Part shown: positions 45,468-54,834 of the stretch, one piece after another | Layout: each line of letters starts with the position of its first letter | Position numbering within the stretch: position 1 is the stretch's first letter | Position numbers and translations under genes: made by a program | The notes under the pieces: generated by a model | Database searches by the model: none | Told to the model about the DNA's origin: nothing | What the model saw: the letters and a program-made list of their open reading frames with translations, nothing else | Assembly: GCA_965242865.1 (NCBI GenBank) | Contig: CBDETK010000013.1 | Coordinates: 3,072,001-3,136,000 of the forward strand | DNA length: 64,000 bases | Direction: 5' to 3' | Source: Candidatus Latescibacterota bacterium | GTDB lineage: Bacteria > Latescibacterota > UBA2968 > UBA8231

Positions 45468-47777
45468 TTGTCGCCATTCCGCCTCTTGCCCTTAGCACTG
45501 TGCATGCTCGTGCCGTTCAGCAGCCCCATTTGCGCCGAACGCCTAGTGATGAGTTCGGCGGATATCTGGGAACACTGGGTCTATCCTCCCGGTGCCCTGC
45601 GCCTAGACCAAGCAGGCTCGTTGCGGCCGGTGCGAATCGGCAAAGACATTGACCCGCTCGCCGAGGCCGCCATTCGCGGGGTCGGCGTGGCGCGATCCAC
45701 GGCTGCCCACGCCTTTGACGGCGACCTCGCCACTCGCTGGACGCCACCGCCGGGCACGGCCCCAAAAGACTGGTGGATCGAGATCGACTTGGGGCAGGTG
45801 TTTCCCGTCCAGCAGATTCGCTTGCGCTTCGCCCGCGATGCGCCGCCCCTGCCCTTTTTTGATGTTTCGCTCTCCAAGGGCGAGCGCTTTATCAACAGCG
45901 CCAATGTGGTCGTCGAAGGGACCCTAATTTACAGCCACAGCCAGCGCTTCGCCTTCAACGAGCGGCGCGATGTGACGATCGACCTCAACGACGAACTCGT
46001 TCAAGTCCTCCGCTTAGAGGCCACCCGCGCAATGATCGGCGCGCCCGCGCTCGCCGAAATCCAAGTCAGGGCTTTTGGCGACAACATCGCCTTTGACTTG
46101 ATTGCCAAAGGCGGCACCGTTGACGTTGAAGCGGCCATCGTCGCCGTGGCCGGCATTCCTTCCGTCATGTTCGACGGCGACCTCTCGACCATGTGGCGCG
46201 TCAACCCCCTCGCCAAAGGCTCCAGCGGCGGCAGCGAGACCTTCGGCGACTACCGCATTGATCTGGGAGCGACCTATTGGATCGATTCGGTCTGGCTCTT
46301 GGGTGAGCCGTTGGGCATTCCGCCGCGGCTGCGGCCGTCCTACGCCAACTTCCTCTCCTATCAATTGCAGTACTCCGACGGTTCGCTGGCCCCCGACGGT
46401 TCGCTGGCTTGGCAAGCCTTGGCCGCCATTCCCCTCGACCCCCGCAACCTCTTCGAGGTGCGCAATTTTCGCCACCATGTCCCCCTAATCGCCGCCCGCT
46501 ACCTGCGGTTAATGTACCCCACGAGCCAAGGCGGCTACATCATCGGCGGCGGCCTGTCGGGCCGAGATTTCGACAACACCGGTCGCTTGGACGGGTTGGG
46601 CCTAGTCAGCGAGTTCCAAGTGTACGGTGAGGGGTATCCGGCCCTCGTCGTCCTTCGCTCGCCCGTTATCGACCTCGGCACCAATTGGAACATTACTGCG
46701 ATTGACTGGGAAATTGACGCGCCGCTCGGGGCTCAATTCGCCTTGCACAGCCGCACCGGCGACCACGTCGTCGAGGAGATGCGCTACTTCGACAAAAACG
46801 GCAAGGAAGTTTCCAAAAGGCGCTACGAAAAGCTGATCGCCTCGTTCCGCGGCCCCATCGAAACCACGCTCCAACCGAGCGAGGGCTGGAGCGTGTGGAG
46901 CGAGGAGTACCTCCACGCCGGCACCCGCTTCCGCTCGCCTTCGCCCCGGCGCTACGTCCAGCTCCAAGCCGAGCTGCGCGCCGACAACCCGCAGGCCGGC
47001 ATTGCCCTCGACGCGCTGAGCTTGAACTACTCCCGTCCTTTGGCGCGCACCGCCATCGGCGAAATCTACCCGACGCGAGTCGAGCCGGGGGAGCAAACCG
47101 ACTTTACGTACTTCCTCCGCCCAGAATTTGCCCGCGACAGCCAAGGCTTTGAGGCCATCGCCCTCGAAGCCTCGGTTCCCCTCGCGTTCCGCACCCTGCA
47201 AATCGACGGCGCGTCCGTCAACGCCGAAGTAAAAAAGACGCAGGCGGGCTTCCGCTTGCACTTGCCCGCCCCGGTCGCCGCGGCCGAGCGCGTAGAGTTG
47301 GGTTTTGCCGCGACCGTGTTTCAAAACAACACCCGCTTTCGCGCGTTCTTAGAGCGCGTAACCGGGCCTGACACCTTGCGTCAGCAGGTAGATCCGGGCG
47401 ACGTCGTCCCGGATCTAGAGGGCACTGGCGATGCCGTTGCCCTGCCCATCGACGAGGGCCTGCTCGCCCACCTCGCCATCGGCAGCGGGATTTTTACGCC
47501 CAACGGCGACGGCGTAAACGACGAGCTCGCCATCTCTTTTGACGTGCTCAAGGTCATCGACGCCCGCCCCATTGAAGCCCGCATCGTTGACCTGCGCGGT
47601 CGCCTCGTCCGCACCCTGCGAGACGCCCGCGGCGTGGCCGGTCACTACCAGCTAACGTGGGACGGCCGCCGGGACTCCGGTGCTATGGCCCAGCCCGGCC
47701 TCTACCTCCTCCGTTTGCGGGTCGCTGGCGACTCGCGTACCCGCACCCTCGTCCGCACCGTCGGCTTGAGCTACTGA
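45468..47777 (+). CDS. Secreted discoidin (F5/8 type C)-like protein with FlgD-Ig/gliding-motility-type C-terminal domain
   Basis: AFDGDLATRW..IEIDLG and MFDGDLSTMW..IDLG; C-terminal FTPNGDGVND...WDGR..G.Y. Confidence 0.8.
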   Translation: MSPFRLLPLALCMLVPFSSPICAERLVMSSADIWEHWVYPPGALRLDQAGSLRPVRIGKDIDPLAEAAIRGVGVARSTAAHAFDGDLATRWTPPPGTAPKDWWIEIDLGQVFPVQQIRLRFARDAPPLPFFDVSLSKGERFINSANVVVEGTLIYSHSQRFAFNERRDVTIDLNDELVQVLRLEATRAMIGAPALAEIQVRAFGDNIAFDLIAKGGTVDVEAAIVAVAGIPSVMFDGDLSTMWRVNPLAKGSSGGSETFGDYRIDLGATYWIDSVWLLGEPLGIPPRLRPSYANFLSYQLQYSDGSLAPDGSLAWQALAAIPLDPRNLFEVRNFRHHVPLIAARYLRLMYPTSQGGYIIGGGLSGRDFDNTGRLDGLGLVSEFQVYGEGYPALVVLRSPVIDLGTNWNITAIDWEIDAPLGAQFALHSRTGDHVVEEMRYFDKNGKEVSKRRYEKLIASFRGPIETTLQPSEGWSVWSEEYLHAGTRFRSPSPRRYVQLQAELRADNPQAGIALDALSLNYSRPLARTAIGEIYPTRVEPGEQTDFTYFLRPEFARDSQGFEAIALEASVPLAFRTLQIDGASVNAEVKKTQAGFRLHLPAPVAAAERVELGFAATVFQNNTRFRAFLERVTGPDTLRQQVDPGDVVPDLEGTGDAVALPIDEGLLAHLAIGSGIFTPNGDGVNDELAISFDVLKVIDARPIEARIVDLRGRLVRTLRDARGVAGHYQLTWDGRRDSGAMAQPGLYLLRLRVAGDSRTRTLVRTVGLSY

Positions 47778-47810
47778 GCCGCTAATCACTGCTAGGCGAG
47801 CCAAAAACGA

Positions 47811-47847
47811 CTACGGGCATTGCACCTAAGTAGCGCAATGCCCGTAG
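47811..47847. terminator. Hairpin between convergent genes
   Basis: CTACGGGCATTGC-N11-GCAATGCCCGTAG. Confidence 0.7.
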
Positions 47848-47871
47848 CATAGACCCGCCGCAGCGTTGTCT

Positions 47872-48456
47872 CTAGTTGAGGCTGCTTTTTAGCTGGCCCC
47901 AAGTGGTGTGCTCAACCGCCGTCGGCGCCTCGGCGGCCGGATAAAAGCCCGAGCCAATTATGAACTCTTGCCCCAAGACGTTGAGCGGAGCGGCATAGCC
48001 CACTTTAAGCGAGCCGCTTTCTTCGTCGCCATCTACGACCGGGTTGTCCCAAAGATACTCGACATAACCGCCCCCATCGGCGGCCGCACTGATGAGCTCT
48101 TGCAGGATTTTGACGCCGTTGGCATCCTCAAGGTCAATTAGGTCTTGGCCCTCGAGGCTTTGATCGGCACCGTGAAAGACGCCGACCCCGGCGGTGGTAA
48201 AAACGAAAAGATAGATCGGGCCTTCGTTCCACTCGCCTTCTGCCCTGAAGGTTTGAAAAGAACCCAGCGCCTCCGCAAGGGAGGTAAAGCCCTCCACCAC
48301 GGCCTTGGCTCTCAGGACAAACGCTTCCAAAGTAGCCCGATCGACCACGTCGCCAGCCGTTATCTCGTCGTCTTGGGCAAAGGCCGGTCCCGCGCTGCAA
48401 AACAGGACCGCCAGCCCTAACACGCACGCAAAACGCGCAATGCACTTGCTCTTCAT
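47872..48456 (-). CDS. Secreted stand-alone single Cache domain protein
   Basis: Signal peptide (AFA-Q); IYLFVF, DLEDANG, GGGYVEYLW, K.GY, IIGSG.Y; ends TAVEHTTWGQLKS. Confidence 0.85.
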   Translation of the reverse strand: MKSKCIARFACVLGLAVLFCSAGPAFAQDDEITAGDVVDRATLEAFVLRAKAVVEGFTSLAEALGSFQTFRAEGEWNEGPIYLFVFTTAGVGVFHGADQSLEGQDLIDLEDANGVKILQELISAAADGGGYVEYLWDNPVVDGDEESGSLKVGYAAPLNVLGQEFIIGSGFYPAAEAPTAVEHTTWGQLKSSLN

Positions 48457-48528
48457 AATGAACTTGCTCCTCTGCATGAGTTGTGGTTAAGAGACCAAGC
48501 GGCCTCGTGCGCCTTACTGCCCTTACTG

Positions 48529-49695
48529 TCAGAAGGTCGCGTTGGTTAATAGAAATGCAAAAGTCATGTTGCCCTTCAATCCGTTTACCGCTGCCATGGC
48601 GTCGTCGGAGACGACCTGCGACAGCCCCCCTACTACGGCGACGTTTGGCCGATACTGATAGGTCAGCGTCAAATCGACCTCCTCGCACAAGTGCTCGCCT
48701 TTTGCGGCAGTGAAAAACGAGTGCCCGTGGACGGCCAGCGAGGTGCGGGTGCCCAGCGGCACAGCCCCTTTGAGCGCGAAGTCCTGTAGGCCCAATCCGT
48801 TGGTGTGTACTGGGATATTGAGAAAGCGGTCGGCGAAACCGTAGAACTTGTGATTCGTGGCAAAGAGCGTGTCAAAGACCTTGGTTTCGCCATCGTATGG
48901 GTCGCTGTCGCCGGACAGGTAATCGTACCACAGGTCCAGTTTCAGCCGGCCAAAGGGGCGGCCGACTCGACCACCGAACATAAACGCCGCCACGTCCTCG
49001 CCGCGGCGCGTACCGGTCTGATACGAACCTTCCACGCGGTACGCGTAGGCCGCCCTCTGCCCGGCTAGACGCAAACCGAGCGTAACTCGGTCGGTAGTCG
49101 GGGCCCCTGCCTCTTTGTCGTAAAGCCCGAACATGTCCAAGTCCCCCAACGTCGCATAGATACCGGCTAAATAGGCGTCGTGGGAAAACTGCGCCGAACT
49201 CGCCTCGGCTAGCTGGATGGCCACCACATCCACCTTGCCCCAAGACGGCGCGAGCGACAAGCGCAGCCCGTCGAAAACCCGGCCTTGCTGGGTCCATTCA
49301 ACGGCGCCGATCAAGCGCTGGCCGCCGAGCGCAACGGCTTGCCGCCCGATCTTGAGCGCGTGGCGGCTGCCGCCGAGCTGCTTGAAGTGAATATAGGCTT
49401 GATGCAGGTCGAAGTTGTCGGCGCTGTAATCGGCCAAGGTGTTCTGCTCCTCGCCGAAGAAGCGCACGTCTTGGAGCTGGATCATCGCGTCCACATCGCC
49501 GGCGAGCGCAGCATCGAGCTGGGCGCGTACCCGCATTGAGGTAAAGGCTGCGGTGGCCTCGGTGCCGTCGCGCAACGGGTTGCGGAATTCGTAGCGCGGC
49601 CGGATTTGGCCGCTTAGGCTGATTTCCCTTTCGGCGTAGGCCCCGTCGCAAACGACATAAGTACATAGCAAGGTGAGATACAGCGTACAACGCAT
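48529..49695 (-). CDS. Alginate-export (AlgE-like) family outer-membrane porin
   Basis: GQIRPRYEFR, LQDVR, DLHQAY, GRQ..GGQRLIG..W.Q.GR.FDG, YDYLSGD, FATNHKFYG; C-terminal F. Confidence 0.85.
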   Translation of the reverse strand: MRCTLYLTLLCTYVVCDGAYAEREISLSGQIRPRYEFRNPLRDGTEATAAFTSMRVRAQLDAALAGDVDAMIQLQDVRFFGEEQNTLADYSADNFDLHQAYIHFKQLGGSRHALKIGRQAVALGGQRLIGAVEWTQQGRVFDGLRLSLAPSWGKVDVVAIQLAEASSAQFSHDAYLAGIYATLGDLDMFGLYDKEAGAPTTDRVTLGLRLAGQRAAYAYRVEGSYQTGTRRGEDVAAFMFGGRVGRPFGRLKLDLWYDYLSGDSDPYDGETKVFDTLFATNHKFYGFADRFLNIPVHTNGLGLQDFALKGAVPLGTRTSLAVHGHSFFTAAKGEHLCEEVDLTLTYQYRPNVAVVGGLSQVVSDDAMAAVNGLKGNMTFAFLLTNATF

Positions 49696-49729
49696 GTCGT
49701 GCCTCCTTGATGAGCGCAAAGACATTTTA

Positions 49730-49753
49730 ATATACGCAAATATACGCATTTAT
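49730..49753. promoter_or_regulatory. Imperfect inverted/direct repeat, candidate operator of the porin gene
   Basis: ATATACGCAAATATACGCATTTAT: two ATATACGCA copies, 16 of 24 positions self-complementary. Confidence 0.4.
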
Positions 49754-49788
49754 TGAGATAGCTCCACGTTCTAAAATGAAGCCCTCGC

Positions 49789-50106
49789 TTAGCGCAGCAA
49801 CCGCTCGCTAAATAGCGTCCGCGCCAAGGCGCGCACATCTCGCTCGCCAGCCGAATAGACCTGCCCTACCGACACCAGCACCACCTCGACCTCGCCAGAG
49901 CCTATCCGATAGACAATGCGGAACCAGCCGCCCGGCGGACGCAAGCAGCGATAGCCCTTTAACTCGCCGACCAAGGGCCAGCCCTGGTCCTCGGGATCGA
50001 TTGCCAGCCCTGTGACGTATTGATCCACCTGCTCGGCAATCCGCCGGTTGAGCAGACCTTGCAGCGACTCTGAGGCGCACTGGGCCAAGACGACGCGAAA
50101 TCTCAT
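49789..50106 (-). CDS. RelE/ParE-family toxin (divergent)
   Basis: GWPLVGELKGYRCLR..FRIVYRI; lies downstream of a Phd-like antitoxin. Confidence 0.8.
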   Translation of the reverse strand: MRFRVVLAQCASESLQGLLNRRIAEQVDQYVTGLAIDPEDQGWPLVGELKGYRCLRPPGGWFRIVYRIGSGEVEVVLVSVGQVYSAGERDVRALARTLFSERLLR

Positions 50107-50135
50107 GGAAAACCCCTCCCTTCAGGGGCGGTGGA

Positions 50136-50393
50136 TTACTGGACCTCCCAATCGGTGCGCTCGCCCGCCTCGATCTGGCGAATACCCTCGCGCAGCGCAG
50201 CGCACTGGGCCTCGTCCCCGAGCACCTCTAAGGTTTCGACAATGCCTTGATAAAGCGACCACGGCATCAGCGCGAGCACCGGCTGGCCGCGGCGCGTTAC
50301 GGCGAGGGCACTTGCTTCGGGTTCGGCGGCGAAGCGGTCGGGCAATTGATTCAGGACTTTGCGGGCTTCGGCAATGGGCATGGATTGAAGCAT
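50136..50393 (-). CDS. Phd/YefM-family antitoxin
   Basis: MPIAEARKVL, AVTRRGQPVLALM, ETLEVL; AGAGGA RBS. Confidence 0.88.
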   Translation of the reverse strand: MLQSMPIAEARKVLNQLPDRFAAEPEASALAVTRRGQPVLALMPWSLYQGIVETLEVLGDEAQCAALREGIRQIEAGERTDWEVQ

Positions 50394-50405
50394 ATTTCCT
50401 CTTTT

Positions 50406-50434
50406 GTACCTTATATAGTACTAAATTAAGTACT
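50406..50434. promoter_or_regulatory. Putative TA operator
   Basis: Three GTAC cores spaced 8 nt apart, including AGTAC-TAAATTAA-GTACT, just upstream of the antitoxin. Confidence 0.6.
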
Positions 50435-50623
50435 CTAAGACGATGGTTTGGTTGGCTCATAATTGTAGGATTTTTCCATGAACCGGCGAGCGCGTGGAAT
50501 TTGCTAACGTATAACTCCCTAATAATACGCTACTTTTGCGAATCCTGAGAAAAGCACCTACTTGCTATGTACGTCTAAAGGTGCGAAAAAAGGTACTCCA
50601 GTTCTCTGCTCGCCGTGGGGGGC

Positions 50624-51190
50624 TCAGCGAGCATCAACAGGCTCTGTGCCGCCTTCGGAATCACCTCGCCCTAAGACTTGCAGGCTTACAAACTCAATAA
50701 TCTGCGGCAGTGTCATAGCACCAATGCGTCGGGCCTCGCGCAACAAGAGCAGTGCGGCGACGGTCGCTTGGATGATCACTTCTTGAAGCCTGCTAGCAAG
50801 GTACGCACAGCAATCCCCGTAGTGGGCGACGCAGGTTGGAGTTCCGCGCCCACACGCTTCCTTGAACCAACGATGAACAAAGGCATACGTTTTCTGATCT
50901 CTCGTGCTTTTTGTATCGAGGTTGTGGGCCACATAGGTTCGCAGACGAGACACTTCCTTGCGGAACGAATTGTCCGCCTTCAAGGGCGGCAGGTCGGTGA
51001 GAAACGCAAGCGGGATCTTTGCTGCCTCTTGGACGAGAACATAACCCCAATTGACTAGCCGATAGAACGCCAACTCATCGCCGAAGTCGGATGGCAACGG
51101 CAGCGAGATTTCGGCGCAACTGTTCGGACAGTGGACGGCAACGCGAGTGCGAAGTGTTTGATACAGGTTGCTGAGTTCGATCGGCGTCAT
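50624..51190 (-). CDS. Hypothetical protein with HEPN-like RxxxxH motif
   Basis: VSRLRTYVAHN in a helical context; ATGA overlap with the upstream large gene. Confidence 0.6.
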   Translation of the reverse strand: MTPIELSNLYQTLRTRVAVHCPNSCAEISLPLPSDFGDELAFYRLVNWGYVLVQEAAKIPLAFLTDLPPLKADNSFRKEVSRLRTYVAHNLDTKSTRDQKTYAFVHRWFKEACGRGTPTCVAHYGDCCAYLASRLQEVIIQATVAALLLLREARRIGAMTLPQIIEFVSLQVLGRGDSEGGTEPVDAR

Positions 51191-54100
51191 CGTATGCGCC
51201 TCGGGCGTGAGAGCGGATCGGCAATGGGGCCAATATAGTTGAAGGCGATGCCAAACTCTCGCAGCTCTCGACCATGGGCGAGCTCAGCGTTTGGGAACTC
51301 GCGCGCCAGCAATGAGATGGGCTCCTCAATACCCTCTACTCGCACTTGCCAGTTGTTTTCTCTCCTCGCTTCGACGCGCCCCCGAAATTGACGCGGGGAA
51401 CCGTTCTCATCCGTTGCCAAAAGCCACCGCTCTACTCGCGCTCGATCCTCGTAATCTGTATCGCGCGACAGCGACCGCCATATCTCGATGGCGCGCTTCG
51501 TGTCTTTGAGTAGCCAGCATAACACCGCTTCGAGAAACCGCTCCCGGTTGCGGGCATCGCCCCCGGCTTGTTCGTTGAGATCACTTACGATTTTACGCAA
51601 CTCAAAAATCAGGTCCGTGTCCACGGGGGTGCATCCACGCTGATTGAACATCAGACGCTCGCCCGTTGCCTGCGCCCACCGCAACCTGAGCAAGAGCCGT
51701 TGGCAACGGTCATCCAACACAATTCCTTTCTTGACGCGACGGGATATGTAGTCTGCCGCTTGATCTGCGATCTTGCGAGCTTTGTCGTCGAAAGGCGGCT
51801 CGCCCATATACACTTGCTCCGCCTGCCGCTTTGCGATGAGAAAGGTTGCTGCCGCGGGCGCGATATTTTCCAATTCAGCAAGCGTCTCATCGCTCAGTTT
51901 CGCGTCGTCCATAGCGTCTGCAACACGGCTACGACGCTCGAGATACCTCGTTTTTTGATCTAAGGCGGCTAACCCCTCGTCCAAGTCACTGTCTTTTTGT
52001 AAATCATTCGGGATTCCAGCCTTCTTTCCTTTCACTCTGAAGACTTCATCGGCAACATCAATGGTTGCGTACAGGTCGGCCAAAACTTCCGCGCGTTGTG
52101 CATCGGACATTTCGTCCTTTTTTAGTTTGAGCACATCGCTCGCTGTCCAAAGGGCGATGTCAATGGGATGGGTGTTTCTGCCAAGCCCAATGGCTTTCTC
52201 GCTTGCCGTCCTTGCAGCGAGATAGTCCGACCAAAAGTCCTCGCCGCCACTAGACCGCGCACGCTCAATAGCGAGGTATCCGTATATCGCCGAACGTTCT
52301 GCAACAAGGCTTTGTTTAGTCTTTCTAGAGACTGAAATTATTTCTTCGTCAATTTGACGGAGCGTCTTTTCGACTGTAGCGCGAGCCTCATCCAAAATAG
52401 CCAATCGCTCGTCGTCGGTTCTATCATCGTAATCGCTTTGTGACCGGGAAACCGCCCTTCGCCGAAACACGCACTCGGGCAAAACGAGGTCTGGGTCGGA
52501 CATTTTGTTGTGCTCTCGCAACTTCTTGAGCGCGTCGGAAAACCGCAGATACCCAGAACGGTACGCCTCTTTGCGCGGTCCGTTCCGAATCATGAACAGC
52601 AAGTTGAGCAAGAACGAACGCTCGGCACTTTGATCCAATCCAAATCTGACGCTGCCGATCAAATCGATCAGTCGCTCAATTTCCTGCTCGGGAGTAAGTC
52701 TTCGCTTACATATAAGCTCTGCCTCGAGCTGTATGCGTGGCGAAATCAGAAAATCCGCTCCTTCTTGGTCATCTATCCAACGGAACAGATCAAGACCGGC
52801 GAGGAGGTAAGTGATTTGATCCAGATGCAGCCCCCTACCTGACCGAGCAGGCGAAAAATAACATTGACGGGCACTGCACAATCCAGCCGACCAGCTACCA
52901 TCACATAGTCAATTAGTTGTCCCGCTTCGTCCAAACCCAAAGCCGCGAGCTCTTCATCTTCCTCGAACAACGGCGAAGTTGAACTGGCAAGGCCCAACTC
53001 AATCAACTGTTCCGCTAAGGGAGATAGTCCAGTAGATGGTTGCGGCATATACTTTGCCCGTTCCCGCACCATACTTTCCGTAACTCTTGCCTCCGATGAC
53101 ACGCCTACGGCGAGGCGTTCGCGTGAGGCGGGCAACCTGCGGTATAGCATGGCAAAGATCGAGTCAGTGGTATAGGGTAGCGAGTGATCATAGCCGAATG
53201 TGTTCAGCAATTTCTCAAACGCGACCCGTTCATCCGGCGAAACACTAACGGGGGCCTCGACAAGTCGCTTTAACTCACCTTCGCTCTGTGCTTCCATCCG
53301 ATAGCAAGTTCCCACTATGAGCAACCTGCGGCCCCGACTTCGCAGCGCAGAGGCCAAATCGTCGTAGCGTTGCGGAGGTTGGCTGGCGTCGCAGACCAAG
53401 ACCGTCGCTTTCGCTCCCAAACGTTCGGCCTCCAAGCAGAATGCTTCAATGTCCATGGGATTCGGTATCCGATTCGTCGCGACCACAACGGGCAGGTGTA
53501 GTTCGCGACGAATCTTTCGGGTCAGCCGTGCGAGCGCGATGCTCTTTCCCGTGCCCGACTGCCCATGCAGGATAATCACATCGTCGGAATCGGCTTGTCC
53601 AAGTTGCTCCAACTCGTTGTTCACTGTCTGCCACAGGGTTTGCTCAAACTCGCGCTCTACTGCAAATCCACGCGCCACCCCCTCCACCAGCGATCTGAAA
53701 TTGCCAAGTGTGCCGTGAAAGCGGCGGAACGCATCGTCTATTTCGGAGCTGCTATAAGGCTCTGGCTCTTCCGTCCACCCATCATCGACAATAGCTGCCG
53801 ACGCTTCTACTCGGAGCCGTAGAGCCGGCGTAATGTCTAGCGCCGCTTCCTCGGCAAACGACACCATGCCCGGGTCGTCTGGAGCAGCGGACCCTGCAAT
53901 ATCGAGCACACCGCGGAGTTCAAGTTGGCTTATCGCGCTTGCAAGGGTCGTTTCGGTCACAATGAGCGAACGGTGCTGGATCATCGCGTCGGCGAGCCCC
54001 GATTCCCCTTTGCCGGAATAGCCGAACCATAGAACCTTGGGGCCTGCCTGATCGAATGGAGCCAATAACGAGTCCAGTTGCATCCAATCTTTGCTTGGGT

Positions 54101-54666
54101 CATAGCCCGCTATGATCACCAAGCCGTGTGCTGTCGCGGTTTCCGCAATGCGATTCAGCAATTCCGTCGCGTGTCGGCTAAGGCGGCGCGTCAGATCAAT
54201 TTGATTGCCGGGTGCTCGCGCATACTCAACGGTTTCATCGGATTTTCCCAAGAGATAGTGAATCGGCGGCCTTGAGCGACTACGCGGGACCTTCGCGTAG
54301 ATGTCTTTGGAAAGCACCGTTTCGGGCTGCCGTCCCCTAGTCTCGAAACGTCGCGCAAACCGGGGATCTATGGACGAGGTAAACACCGCACTCCATGCGA
54401 CATCGAAGTGTTCCCTCGGCCGCGGCCGAGGGAACACTTCGGTCAAACCGTTCAGAAAGCCACGCCATATCAGCCCCACTTATGCCCTGCTTGAGGGCTA
54501 CGCGCCATCCCGAATTGCGCTCTGTGCATCCAAAGCGATCGAGGAGGGAACCAAGTACGGCATCATGGGCCGAGTCGAGACTCTGGCCTGCGAACAACAC
54601 CAACGGCCGCTTCGCCTGAAGCGCGTCCGCGAGTATTTCAAGGGGATCCGTCGATGAACTTAGCAT
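51187..54666 (-). pseudogene. SAMD9/Avs-like protein (SIR2-like, STAND NTPase, helical repeats, OB fold), about 1159 aa, split by two frameshifts
   Basis: ORFs 54666-54337, 54479-52773 and 52881-51187 join via +1 and -1 shifts. Motifs LVLFAGQS, WSAVFTSSID, IHYLLG, LIIAGY-like; Walker A GQSGTGKS; Walker B VLVCD; C-terminal FGIAFNYIGPIA. Confidence 0.75.
54404..54441. repeat. Perfect 38-bp palindrome
   Basis: CGAAGTGTTCCCTCGGCCG|CGGCCGAGGGAACACTTCG is its own reverse complement. Confidence 0.95.
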
Positions 54667-54834
54667 GGTCTATTTCTAAGAATTATCATTGATTATGGAA
54701 TGTGGAAAAACCGAATCAGGCGAATCCCCCATGCGCTCGGGTACGGGGAAAATCTACCTTGCTCACGTTAATAAGGTACACTCTGCGGAAACCCCGCGCT
54801 ATCCGCGTTTTGCCGCAATTCCTATCTTATCTTC

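Noticed and set aside
50530-54770. Direct repeats or att sites flanking the defence island
   Set aside because: Only short imperfect similarities (GCGAATCC, CTTGCT), no better than chance; no integrase or transposase.
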